A stretch of 64,000 bases of DNA from Amoebidium appalachense. Its lineage: Eukaryota > Protista > Ichthyosporea. Each line of letters starts with the position of its first letter. Position 1 is the first letter of the stretch. Below the pieces are notes generated by a model. It was not told where the DNA came from. It saw only the letters and a list, made by a program, of their open reading frames with translations, and searched no databases. Position numbers and translations under genes: made by a program. The DNA lies in NCBI GenBank assembly GCA_963693365.1, contig CAVNZM010000001.1, positions 19,228,125 to 19,292,124 on the forward strand, read 5' to 3'. Below are positions 1-35,331 of this stretch, one piece after another.

Positions 1-316
1 CACTAGCACATGTATCTCTGCACACACATACACAGGTAAGCCATATCACAGCTATGATGCACACCGTAAGTGGTTCACAGTCCATGCCCTCAAGCACAAA
101 CCCTTCATTGGACATCCCCCAACCTCCAACCCCTCCAGCCCCCCCTCCCCCCCTCCCCCTTCCCCCCACCCACCTACCTCCCTCCCTTCGTCGCACCTGT
201 GTGTCCCGCCCTCCTAGGGCACCACCCACATCCCAGCCCATGCCGGTGCTTAGACTGAAATCAGAAAATGTACACCTCTGTTTGATTTATGGCGTTGCTT
301 GCCCAGCCACCTTCAT

Positions 317-358
<42 letters not shown>

Positions 359-481
359 AAAAAAAAAAAAAAAAAACACGCACCCACGCATCCGGGCAAC
401 AATGAACCTGGTGGTCGTTTCCCCGTACTCTCCTACCATGTGGTGTTGTTAAATTCAAACCTCTGCACCTGTGTACCACAG

Positions 482-638
482 CAAGAGAATCCGAAGGCAG
501 CCGACGGGGCTGGGGTGTCGCCACCCCGAACCAGCAGCAGCACAGGCAAAGCCAAAAAGGGAAAGACCCAGGCCGGCAAAGTGCACATATCCCCCCTCAA
601 GACAAACAGGAGAAATACCCTGGACAATGCAAGCTTGC

Positions 639-694
<56 letters not shown>

Positions 695-1037
695 ACGCGC
701 GTTTAGATGTGGGCATGTAACCACGTCCTTTCTAACGGGGTGCTCACCACATAAACATACCACCTACACCATACTAATCCACGGGAGACTAAGGGAGCCA
801 ATACAGAATCTTTGACCTCACGATCACCTGATATTCTTCACCCTTCTCCGACCCTGCACATTACTTTTTATTTTGTGCCCAACAATGCAAACAATCCCCC
901 GTGGTCGAAACACTCACAGTTATCCCCTTCAGGGCCACCATGCACATGGTGACCAACACCGGCAGAATGCCCGGTCCATCTGCTTCAGGGGCATTGGCGA
1001 CGGCACGGAACTGGTATGGCTTTTTTTTTTTTTTTTT

Positions 1038-1105
<68 letters not shown>

Positions 1106-1473
1106 GAGAGAGAATGGGGATGGGGGGGAGGTTATGTATGAGGAGGGGGGGGGAGGGGGGGGGGGATACGGCATAGAATGGGTAATTTTCCTGTGTAAAG
1201 CGTTGTGCTCTGAGGGTGTCATGTGTTCATGCTTCCCTCTTTCCTTTCTTTCTTTCTTTCTTATTCTTCTTCTTCTTCTTCTTTTTTTTTTTGTGTGTGT
1301 GTGTGGTGGTGGTGGTGTGCGTGTGCGTGTGTGTGCGTGTTGGGGGGAGAGGGAAGAGGTGGGGGGGGGGGGGGAGGAAAGGGGGAGGGGGAAGCACTGT
1401 CCTAAATGCAACCGTTCTGTTCTGTGCATTTGCTAAACACCCCCCCCCCCCCCTCGCTCTCTCTCTCTCTCCC

Positions 1474-1504
<31 letters not shown>

Positions 1505-1514
1505 ACACTACCCC

Positions 1515-1545
<31 letters not shown>

Positions 1546-1723
1546 AAAAAAAAAAAAAACTTAGGTACCGGGTGAAGCGGTGGGGCTAGGCTCTGGGGTG
1601 CCGAAGCTGCCCATAGCCCGGAAGCAACCAACAGCAGCCGTACGGCCAGGCCACCCATATGCCCACCCACAGCCCCTGGGCCAGGCGCTATACAGAATCA
1701 AACCGGCTAGAAAGTCGATGTAA
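482..1723 (+). CDS. 3' part of an unknown spliced gene (basic, low-complexity protein); exons 482-640, 933-1013, 1565-1723
   Basis: Three AG/GT-bounded exons of 159, 81 and 159 nt join in phase 0 (QENPKAADGAG...ASLQ|GHHAHG...GTEL|VPGEAVG...RKSM*) and end at TAA 1721-1723. No recognisable domain; the 5' end is upstream or unresolved. Confidence 0.55.
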
Positions 1724-1917
1724 AAGGACTGCAGACAATTAATGTGGGTGAGATTCAGGTTCTGAATTGGTGGTATCCAGATCCATTCATGGTGAAGGGG
1801 TTGTGCCATAGAGGTGAGAGACGGAAGGTGCATCAGAGAGTTGTGTATGCCGGCGCCAGGCTCAGGCGCCAAACCAAAGAGCACGTTGCATAATGGATTT
1901 ACCACGTCTGGGTCTTG

Positions 1918-1963
<46 letters not shown>

Positions 1964-2539
1964 GTACATGGTACCCCCCTGCATGTGCATGTGCAGACAG
2001 CCAAAGCCACACACGTGTATACACAACTGACTCAACACAATCCAAACACCACCATTTCGAATGGTAGTGGCACCTAGTTCATATGATCATGCACTTGAAG
2101 TGAACGAACCGAACATATTTAGTTTGAGTGCCAAAATGAAATTGTTGACTGTGTAGCCTAGACATGAGCATAACTTTTTGAAGTTTGTAGATGTGTGGCC
2201 TGTAGGTGGGGCAGGCAGTGTAATGGCGCGCAGTGTTGAGATTAGCGTATGTGATTGTGTCACTGTGTGTAGTTGTATAATATATGTGATTAGTTTTATT
2301 AAGTTGAAGTGGGTTTGACCAGCCAGTATATTGTGTCATAGTACATGTGGATTACTATTTTTGTGTATTTCGTAATCTTTTGAGAACTTATAAGAACCAC
2401 ACCACAAGGTGTTCTGCCGCTCGTTTGTTACTGTCCTTATATATGTCACCGATTACATCTAGTACCCTTGGTTAGTATAGAATGTCCGGGCAAAAATAAA
2501 GCTCTTATTCTGAAAGGCAAAAGGACGGGCAGGCAGGCT

Positions 2540-2610
<71 letters not shown>

Positions 2611-3058
2611 TGGTTTCGACCAGTCCCTGATCCACCAATAAGATCAGCCCAAAATCTGGCCGCGGTGGCACGGTGCACGTGCCTCATGATGTTCTTACGA
2701 TCGCGAAAACCCCCTCGGGCTGCCGCTAGCATGTTCTTATGATCGGCTGGGAATAACGGACGGCGTGTGTGCACGTGTGTGTGTGGTTTTTGATTCCGAA
2801 TTCTGTGCCGTGTTGCATGGTTGCTGTGCATGCACATTTGTAAGCTACAGGGCACCTGGGCAGGCCCTCATCAGCCGGTTTGTCTGCATTATGCTATTAC
2901 AGCTAGCTTGGCGGTGTTCAACTTGCAGTTAAGTCCTGTCGATGTTTACCATATCGAAGTGGTACGCATTACGTATGTGAGGTGCATGTGCTACGATTTG
3001 ATATATGCCTTTGCGACTATAATAAAGCACATGTTTGGATCTTAAACTACCTGTGAAA

Positions 3059-3097
<39 letters not shown>

Positions 3098-4155
3098 ACC
3101 CACCCACCCACCCACCCACCCACACACGTGTACACCACTCTGAATCCCCCGGTACCGGCTACCACCACCACCACCACGTGTCACATGCACCACGTAGAGC
3201 GCAATAAGTGCCCAATGACTGCTTTCAAATCCTGCGGTAGCGTGGCCAGCTGGCGAGTACATACCAACACAGGCAGGTATGCAGCCATACTACGTATAGT
3301 GTGGCTGGTCCACGCCAGCAAACAATCACAGATGCTAGCGCTAGACAATGCACTATGCGGGGCCACCGTGACACAGTAACCTTGCAGTTCCAAGAGCCTA
3401 TATATGCCCGTGAATGCCAACCCAGGCCTGGACACTGCACTGAAAAAACACATGCATGAAAGCGTTGTTGCATCCAAAAGTCAAACTCAAATCTTTATTG
3501 GTCAAATCACGATTTATCATGTATATCACAAAATATCACAAAAAGTCTTGAAATTACATGTATCGTCTTAGAATCTTCATAAATCCCTCTACACACCTGA
3601 CAAGCTGAATAGTTAACTACACGCGTGTTCGCTGACCTTTGGTTGCACTAGAGGCAGAGCTACTACTATAGCGCTATGATGTTTAATATCACGTACGTGC
3701 AGGAAACATGCAAATATAGACAAGTATACTGTGAATTCGAGAGTGTAATGGCTAAATTTAATACATTGTGGTCATCTCATAATACGCTACTAAAGAAACC
3801 AGCTGCCCTTCAGATAAACAAGAATGACTATTATTAAGGTATTAACATCTAGTACTCAAAAAGACGCATCGCTGATCACATACTTGCCACGGTATTCACA
3901 GAGGCTTCGTTCAACCCAAACACATACTATGATCCATTAACACATCAACGGTTGTTATATGTACATTTCAATAATCTCAAGCCCGCAGGCAAAACTGAGG
4001 CATCCAGCCAACGCGTAATACAAACCATTCATTTCGGGAAAAAAAAAAAAAAAAAAAAAAAAAAAGGGTTCGAAAAGCAAGTAAGAATTATAAATTGAAA
4101 ACTAAAGACGGGAGGGGAAGATGGGTGGGTGGGTGGGTGTGTGTGTGGTGGTGGT

Positions 4156-4187
<32 letters not shown>

Positions 4188-4290
4188 AGGGGGGTACTTT
4201 GGCCGCGGAATGGACGTGGCCACTCTAGACCATTCAACAGTGAAACACAACTAATTAAAATTTCACCCCCTCTATTTATACCCTATTTTC

Positions 4291-5794
4291 TTACTGCATC
4301 ATAGAGCCTCCCAGCCCACACCCCATACTCGTTGCTGCCTTGCCCAACAACAATTGACCCCACCCCAAAGGCTCGCTCGCACCCACTTTTCCATTTTCCA
4401 CACCTTTTTCCAGGCAGAATTTGTAGCTGAAAATGCCCATGTCTTGTAGTAATTCATCAAAAATATCTGCGTGGCTGCAGTTGTAGGCATTTTGCCACCA
4501 AGAAATGTACAGGTCAGCCTGTTTTTTCAGCTCTTCGTTCTTGCGAAAATGTTGCTTCAGGTGCGGTAGATAAGTCTGTGGAAACAGAGAATGTAAGTCC
4601 AAAAAAAAAACCCAGAGATTGAGGCCCCTTGTGTGTCTGACGTGTGTGTATACGTACGTATCAAACTAAGCGCCTGCTTTATGTCTGTGTGCGTGCATGT
4701 GGATGTTGCCTGTGTCTGCATATGCCAGCGGGCATATGGATAATGGAGCTCGTAATTGTGATTAATTTTCGTCAGGAGAAGGTTGAGGGAAATAGAAGAG
4801 TTATGCCACGAATGTGCAAGAGACCTAAGTTGGAGCAGCCCACCACTGGCATGCAGAAACAACCGTTATGTGAGGCAATCATCTATGATGCGATTCTATA
4901 TTAGACAAATACTGCAGTCTTCCGTAAATCGTCTGTGCACACCCCCAAAAGAAACCTTTTTAAGCACGTGCGCGTGTCCATGCACCTGCAAGCCTATAGA
5001 TACCTTCCTGCAGGCTTGATACATACCCTCATAAAAAGCCCGTGGGTGTGCCCCCCTGTACACCCCCCCCCCCCACCCCACCCACTCTCCCCCCAAAAGG
5101 AAACTACCAGTAGAGGTGGTGGGTTTTGCGAACTTCAAGTGTACTGATCAAGTTGGATAGACGTGGACAAGGGGGGTTAACACAACGAGTGGGTGCGTGT
5201 CACGTGTGAAAATAATGGCAGGGGGTAGAGGGGGGTGGGTGGGTGGACATGTGGGTGTTGTTCATGGGTGCCACCGCGGGAGGGGGGGGGGGAAGGGAGG
5301 GGGGGGGTCTTTACCTTTACAGCCTCAGCCGCATTTTCCAACAGAGCACTCTGCACCTCCACCACACAGAAAAACGGCGAAGAAAACTCGCCCCGCTTCA
5401 TGATCTCGACGTAGATCTGACACTCTCGTGCGTCCATCAGGACAACATCGCGCGGTATTTTATCTTGCTCCCTCAGGAGCTGGGCTTGCAGCGCACCCAA
5501 CATTGTATTCTCCGCAACTTCAGCTGCTCGTCTCCTTGCCTGCAGGTCGTCGACGTGATCAGAAGCCCTTTTGAGCGTTTGCATACGTGCAAACTGCTCA
5601 ATAGCTTTGACAGAGGCGGGAGTAGAAGAGTAGGAGGAAGGGAGTGAAGGTAGGTGCTGTGTGTTGCATCCTATGGATGTCTTCATGAATATTCCTGACT
5701 CGGACAGCTTTATTCCAGTTGTAGGTTCCGTTGCATTTTTGGCAAGTGGGGACGCCCCGAACGGAATAAGCTGCACAGGTATTGCCATCACCAT
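4291..5794 (-). CDS. Hypothetical spliced protein; internal exon structure unresolved
   Basis: Non-repetitive ORF 5794-5314 (MVMAIPVQL...AAEAVK) ends at a GTAAAG donor. A micro-exon EGIYRLA lies near 4986-5007 between CAG and GT. A further exon TYLPHLKQHF...KFCLEK follows the acceptor TTCTCTGTTTCCACAG at about 4575. Confidence 0.45.
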
Positions 5795-6321
5795 TTTGTC
5801 GCTTATCTTCTTCCAAATACACTATAATGATCCTGTGTGCGTGTGCGTGTGTGTGTGCGCGTGTGCGTCCGTAGGAGCAGAGTGGGCCTACCTATTTACG
5901 TGGGTGAAAGTGTGTTTATGTACAGTGTTGTCTGCGCAGAGGCGCAACGTGCAATCTGCACGTGCGCATGCGCTTATGTGGTTTCTACAAGATCTCCGAA
6001 TGCCAGTGTTTCCCGTATTTAAACACAATATTTTTCACTAATTTTGGGTCTAGCAATTTCTCTTCAAAAGTTGTCGTCGCCCCGGTGAGACATCGTCCAC
6101 ATGTGGTTGAAGATGTTGCCTAACGAGGATATCAACTTGGGAAAGCTTGAACTACACAGATCTACAACTGACGTCGCTGTACACTGAGAGATTTGGGTTC
6201 ACGTTGATTTGAGCATTAAAGTTCAGCACAGCCACAAACAAAGCGGCAAACTTCTCCTAAGAAGTACTGCATGCAACTGAATTGCAGAACAAAACAAACT
6301 TCAACTGAAGGGGGTGAACAC

Positions 6322-6521
6322 TGAAATGACGCAGTCCGTGTTATGTAAACATTCTAATAACTTCCGTCAAAAAAAGCGAAAGTGACATCATATCTGAAAG
6401 AAGGGTAAATCTAGATCTTGAAATGACGCAGTCCGTGTTATGTAAACATTCTAATAATTTATAACTTCCGTCAAAAAAAGCGAAAGTGACATCATATCTG
6501 AAAGAAGGGTAAATCTAGATC
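6322..6521. repeat. Tandem duplication, 2 x ~96 bp
   Basis: TGAAATGACGCAGTCCGTG...AAATCTAGATC occurs at 6322-6417 and 6419-6521; the second copy has a 7-bp insertion. Confidence 0.9.
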
Positions 6522-7701
6522 GATGTGACCGGGTGCATGATCTTGTTGACATTCATGACCGAGCCAAGGACTGATATTTGGTACATTGAATAAAAACTAC
6601 TTGGATTGCGTTATATAAGCTGAAATAATTAACCTGCATGCACCGGGTTGCACCCGACTCTGAATCATTCCCGTTTCAACTCCATTCAGCGGCCTCCGCC
6701 ACCGCCCCAGCCGCTCAGTAAAGTTTGCACCTCTCGTTGATAATTTGAGTTCAAACAGTACCACAAAATGATTGGGTGAAAGGTTTTACGTGAAAGTGAA
6801 ACCGGCCAGGTGCCGCCTCGAGGAAGGGCCAGCTCCCAGGGCATGGTAAACAATCCAATAAATAGTAAATTCCCTGTATATACGTATATTAATATTCATT
6901 TTCATTGTTTTACAATGGGTTTAATATTATATTTGAGCAACATGTCTCGACTCAACACAATGACTCAGAGTCACTGAGGCTCAGAGCCACATGATCTTTT
7001 ACCAATCATGCGATTCCATAAACCATACCTGAGAAAGCAGCTTTTGATTGGAAGTGGCACAACGGTTGCACAACTGCGCAGTGAGACGGCTTTGTTATGT
7101 TGTAGTACATACTGTGCCACTAGTATTTGGGAGTCTAGCAGGCTTTATTTAAGGCTGATATATAAAGTCATACCCGTGTCTGTTTATTAGATTATTATGC
7201 ACACATCTCAACACTGCATTATTACGTTGCATCGAGAACGAAGTGGCCATCACACACTTGGTGCGCTGATGTTCATAGCTAGAGTATGGCTACTCCATGC
7301 AAAAGCACTGAAGGTAGGGGCTAAGCCGTAAAATACCGAAACCACCAACGTGGTTCATCAAATATGCTACAGATCACTTATGGTAAACACTAAGTAAGTC
7401 TACGGTTTATAATACCAAGAGCCGACCAGAAGCAGTTGTGTACAGATGAGAAAACATTGGCATTGCCAAAATGCCATGTACATGGGCGTGACTTTTGATT
7501 CAATAGTGTGATTACATGGGCCTCTAGTGCTCCGTGCATCCCCTGTTACATCCCCTGCGGTCACTGTGCGAGCGTGTATATACCAACTTAGTACTAGGAT
7601 ATATAATGATTTTTGGAAGAATGGGTGGGGCGCCCAGGAGGGGCGACTGAGAAAGGGGGGGGGGGGGGGGGGGGGGGGGGGGGAAGAAAGAAGAACAAGT
7701 A

Positions 7702-19087
<11,386 letters not shown>

Positions 19088-20810
19088 GGAAAGTATCTGC
19101 CCTGCCCTGGTATCCCCCCACGAAATCCATGTTACAAATGGGAAGCATCAAGGACAGGAGTACAAGAATATCCAACCTCGATATCAACTTTATGCATTCA
19201 CCGACACGAGACATAGTTTGCGAACACAAACAAGAGCACATGTTTACACGCAAAAGGTGTAGCACGGATGTAATTCCTATAAAATCTGCAACCTTTCCTG
19301 CCGCATTAGGTCAATTAGAACTGAAGCTGGTAAAAGTTAGTTGAGTGAAACAAACAAACAAAAAAAACCGTATTAACTCAACAATCTCTATTGCAATTCT
19401 ACGACGACATGCAAGAATAGATCGTCTGAGTCAAAAGAGGGTGCTCACGAGAGTGTAAGGGGGGGTGGGGTACACACACACACAACCTCACCGAGAAAGA
19501 GGGGGAGGGGGATGGAGGGAGAGAGATGAAAGGGGGTAGAAGCGGGGTGGGGGGGGAGAGAGAGGTGCAAAGAGTGGGAGAGGGGGGGGGGGGGTAGAGG
19601 GGGGCGAGGGGAGGGGGGGGGAAGGGGGCGCGGGGAGGGGGGGGGGGGGGGAGGAGGGGGGGGGAAGAAAGTGAGAGGCGGAGGGAGGGGGGGGGGGGAG
19701 AGCAAGAGAGGGGAGGGGGACAGAGAGGGGGGGAGGAGGGGGGACCGGGGGGGGGGCGGGGGGAGGGGGGGAGCGAGAGAGAGAGAAGCGAAAGGGCAAC
19801 CAAGAGGGAAGAGGACAGAGAGAGAAAGCATACATAGGCAATAAGACACCAGCTGATGCCAAATAGCCCCGTGTAATTCTTGCCGTTGTATTGAGCCTAT
19901 GGTCCGTGAACCCCCTTAAAAAAAAAAAAAGAAGAAGAAAGCACTTAGACGAACTCAAGTGCCAATAATATGCAAAAGCAAGTCCACAAAGAAAATTGAC
20001 ATAGAGGTAAAAAAATTATAAGCGACCACATGCACACTCTGCTCCACGATGCCGCTCAGGCGGGCCACGTGCTACTTTCTGAATAGACCGCTTATAACAC
20101 GCGCACGTTGCATAGTTCTTCTACGAACTTCCCCTTCAGAATTTCCGCCTGCCGCTTCAGCCCTCTCCCTCCTTCCCTTCTCTCCCTCACCCCCCTCGCC
20201 CTCCCCCCCCCCCCCTCCCCCCGTCCTATCGTACCTAAGGCAATATCACCTACGCTCCCTTTGTCTACTCACCTTCACCATGCAAAAACTCCACGCAGCA
20301 CACCACCAACCCCCATGTCACCGCCAATCCCAAATGATGTTTACAATGCTTCAGAGTAGAAAAACGTACCGTTACGGCACACGTTGCATCCTTCAACTAG
20401 CGCTCGGTTCGGTGAGTGTACGTTTATCAACTAAAAAAAATGGGCACTGGCATGGCCGTCAACAACCTTATGCATATAGATTACTGGAGTTACAAAGTTG
20501 CAATTTCCCAAAGAAGCGATGCCTGGTCAAAGATTACCCTATTCTTGCAGGAGTGACAACTTGAGCGAGCGTACAGGCAGCTGGCAAGGGCTCCCCGACG
20601 AAAGCAGAGGCGCAATCTTTGCAATCGTCATCCGCACCGTACCCATATTTGGAAGTGAAGTCTCGTGTATGATTCGCACGGTTCGCACCCGTTGGAATGT
20701 GGTCGGCTTCGCACTCACGCTCGCAGAACGCCCCTTTAGGTAAGTGCATGAACTTTTACACACACACCTTATTCGCCTCTGCAGCTGACATGTGAGCCTA
20801 CACTCAACCA

Positions 20811-20846
<36 letters not shown>

Positions 20847-20896
20847 TCACACAAGTACACACATAGACACACACGCACAAGCACACACGCGCGCGT

Positions 20897-20949
<53 letters not shown>

Positions 20950-21609
20950 TTAAACACACACAACACACACACACACGCACACACTCGCACACACTCGCAC
21001 TCGATTGACCTACAGAGCTAGCACTCGAACATGCTCGTGTAGTCTAACTAGAAAAGAAAAGACGGCCCGCCCAGCGTAATAGTTAAGTCACAGCGCATCA
21101 CCCGCCACCTCCCATATCCCACCCCTTACACCTTTTCATGTACACGTGCGCAAATCGTCACACAGCAGACTGAGCCCAGGCTCTGAACGACTTGGCAACC
21201 ATGGCTCCCCCCTTTGTCCTCCCACCTTCAGGCTACGTTACTTATTACTTATTGGTATACCTCGAGTCTGTGTCGCTTTCTTCCTCTCTCTCTCTCTCTC
21301 TCCCCCCCCCCCCCTCCCCCCCCCCCCCCCCCCCCCCCCCCCTCCCCCCCTCACCGCAGCATAGATATGAGCATCGGCGTACACGTGCAGGTGAACAGTG
21401 TGATCTGCCGTCGGACGTAGCTACTATATCATACGTGCTGTAGCCGAGGTGTCGGTCATGAAAGTGTACTTCTAACCCTTTGTGATTCTTCCCCTAACCA
21501 GCCCCGTCCCCCTCCCCCCGCCCTCCCCCTCCCCCCCCCCCCTCCCTTCCTTCTTCCCCTCTGCGTACCGGCACACACACACGCACGCACGCACGCACGC
21601 ACGCACGTG

Positions 21610-21675
<66 letters not shown>

Positions 21676-22795
21676 CCACGTGCCCAAACTCCGCCACACA
21701 CATAACACGCACACACACACCTTTACATGTAACCTGTGAACGTGTGTTCCCACGCATGCGTGCCTGCACCCTGTGTGTTGCCATCCTACTGTGCAACCGT
21801 GCGTGCACCTTTGTTAATAGGGGTACCACCGTCGGGCTTTATAGTGGACGTGTGGACGCGTAGGCACTTGAACGGTTATGGTTGCAGATGTACATCTGCG
21901 TGTGTACCCGCGTGCGCGCTACGGTGTGCGTACCTCGCCGGGCACTTCAGACGTACATGCACAGGGAGAGAGATGTTTTCTGATTAGCCAGGCTATTTCT
22001 CGGATTTATGCCCGTAGCCTTACCCTCAACCTAATTAAAGGTTCGCGTTATGACAGTATAAACCTTGCCTATCGTTCTTGTGTCGTGCTTGCTCACGGGC
22101 CCTGAGTGACAACAGTATTTTCAGCTTGCACAACTTCAGTACAGCACTCATACGAGCCCGGCTCTGGCAGGCTGATCGGTTGGGCTCTCATACAGATAGA
22201 ATAAGAAATGGCATCACCCTGTTCCATTGTTTTTATTTCTATTTTTTCGAAAAAGAGATCCCGTAAGTGTGAACACTGCAGTGGGACCGCTGATGTAGGA
22301 AAAGCCTTGGTCTGTCACCGGCCATGAGTTGAACAAAGCAGAAAAAGGCGGCTGTAGGTCCAAAGTCTAGCTGAGCACTCAGCGCGCTCCGTTGGTCCGC
22401 AAGCCTGCATGCCCAGCTGCGCAAAAGTTACCGCAGACCAATGCGTGATACATAGCAAATTGCGGCAGATTATTTAGCCGCATCTGATTGGTGTATACAT
22501 TTCATATGTGTCAATTAGTACGAGATAGCATTATGGATGTCTTCCGATCTTTAAGTCTCCTGAACCAGTTGGTGCGAAATAACATCTACTCGGCGTCACC
22601 AGCGCAAAGCCAAGATGGGCCGGCCGGCCCGGCGCTTGCTCAGAAAAGCTATAATTTGGCAATTATTATTATAGAAACAATTACGCTTCTATGTAACAGT
22701 TCCGACATGCCAATATACACAGGGCCTTTTGTGACTGATTTTCTTACGCCTGTACTATCAGTCTGATCATGAAATGACATAAGGGGTCACTCACT

Positions 22796-22874
22796 TTTAA
22801 GATAACAGGTAAATCACGGTTAGGGTCTAGAATCTTATTGTAAAGTTCCTGGGCCGTAGGGTTCATAATTGTAT

Positions 22875-22919
<45 letters not shown>

Positions 22920-23163
22920 TGTCCCCCACCACCAACCCACCCCCCTGTCCCGTAGGTTCATAGATGTTTTTTTTTTCCCTTTTTTTTTTTTTTTTTTTTT
23001 TTGGGGGGGGGAGGTGGGGGGGAGGTGGGAGGGGGGAAATACATGCGGGTGCGTGCAATATAAGTGTGGGTGGCCGTGCACTGCATGCCACCCAGTTGCT
23101 GTGCAGCAAGTTGCAGAATAATTCTGCTTTTTCCAAGTTGATTCTGTCGATGTGGTGGGGCCT
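22796..23163 (-). CDS. Two putative short exons of an unknown gene (RPHHIDRINLEKAELFCNLLHSNW | ELYNKILDPNRDLPVILK)
   Basis: Both blocks are bounded by CAG acceptors and GT donors (GTGGCA, GTGAGT) in phase 0. The rest of the gene is not resolved. Confidence 0.35.
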
Positions 23164-23978
23164 CTGCGGGAGACCTCGAAAGAAAGAAAGAAAAAACCTT
23201 GTTGAAGTTGAAGTTGAACTAAAGAAGAATCTCAAAAAACCACAAATACACAACTACAGAACTGAAATTCAAAACACGACCTAGATCTCATAAGACTACA
23301 CATCGAGGCGCGCACACAAGTGTCTGGGCGAGGGGTTCCGAATCTCACTCCTTGGCAATAGATATATCTATTGCCATGTGTTTTATGGTGATTAGTTGTG
23401 GCTCTTGCAACACTGCCCTCCGGACCCCGGGGGCCCGGTGAGAGGGGGGTGAGCGGGGTGAGGGTTGTCGGGGTGCCATATGTATGACTATCATTATCAC
23501 CGATGCATCACGATCAGATCGGACATGTATCGGTTATTTGAAAAATTCGGCTTGCATGACAAGTCTTCGTTAAGGAGCCTTAAGAGTTTCTTTTGACCCC
23601 TGAAAATGTTAAACCACGTCGATTACGGGCATCTTCCCCCCCCCCCCCCCCCCCGCCCTCCCCGCCATTCGGAGCGGTCTCCCCTTATGTACCTCGCGCC
23701 AGACTTGAGTATGTATACCCACAGCGAAACTTTATTTAAGGCTTACTGCTCTGTGCCCGGCGACTATAGCTATTTTCAACATCTCAGCTGTTAATGCAGC
23801 TCTCCATCCGCAATTGTACCCCACACACGGCACCCCCACCCACCCAGACCATGTTCTGCAACCGACGAAAACATGCAAAGAATCGACTACATACCAATGT
23901 CTACTCATACATAGCACATACTGGCAACTTCCCTGTTTCAAAATACATCCAACTTCCTAAACACACTAAGGCCACAAG

Positions 23979-34289
<10,311 letters not shown>

Positions 34290-35135
34290 TTTCTCGTGGC
34301 ACTTTAATGGTTGCATGGTTTAGTAGGTGGAAAGAGAATCCGTGCAAAGCTTGTTTGCACTTTCCAGCTTCCCGGCTCCTAACGTTAACCACCCTCTCCC
34401 TCTCCCCTCCCCCCCCTCCCCCCCACCCCACCCCCCCACCCCACCCCCCGTCCTGCCTTCCCCATCCTTCCTCACCCTATTCCCGTTTTCCCTGCTGAAC
34501 TCTCTTCCTGCCCCGTCCCCATACCTATAACAATCTCCCACATCTCCTCTCGTTTCCCCCAATAGCCTCGATTCTGTCCGTCTTCCACATTGCCAGATCC
34601 TCCCCGATGCCCATGAATTCCCACTTTTGCCATGAACCAGCATTCCTTCTTTCTCAGCGCATACACTTACCAGGTCATGGATAGGATACTATCGTCCGTT
34701 ACAAGCACCTTGGCAAAGAAACATTTCTGTTTTCTCCTTTTATGTACTTCGCGTTGTGGGCTTTTATCATGATCACAAAACTGCCTTCCACAAAAACATT
34801 GGTCGTGACGTAAGCCCGCCGGCTCAGTAAAACCGCCAAAAATTGCGGGCCAATCCTTTTTTAAAGCCAAGTAAAATAGCAAAGTTAGGTAAAAACAATA
34901 TACCTACTTTTTATTTGACAAATAAATATTTGATGTTACAATAAAGATGGGTAAAGTAATGGTCGATAATGCCTGCCTTTTTGAGCGGGGACAACTTGAG
35001 TGAGACCTGAAACATTGAAAGTCACGGACAACAAGTCACGGAATTCACTGTAGGGGTCGCTGAAAGATGGTAAAGATCAGCGTTTAGAAAAAGATCAGCG
35101 TTTAGAAGACGCAAAGATCAGTGTTTAGGAGACGC

Positions 35136-35295
35136 ATGCACCAGTGTCGAGGAGACGCCTGCACAAACAGCACACAGAACGTAAGAATGCCGCTATGGAG
35201 GGAAGGGCAGGTGGGTGGTAGGGTTAAGAGTAAGTGGGTGTTGGGTGAGAGAGGAGGTTTAAAGGTTTGGTGTTGGGGTTGGGGGGAGGGGGGAG

Positions 35296-35331
<36 letters not shown>

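Noticed and set aside
1561-2010. 149-aa minus-strand ORF
   Set aside because: It is antisense to the terminal exon and likely 3' UTR of the + strand gene and starts in a microsatellite.
4986-5007. EGIYRLAG resembling the RhoGAP arginine-finger motif
   Set aside because: Downstream exons lack the other RhoGAP motifs; the gene is kept as hypothetical.
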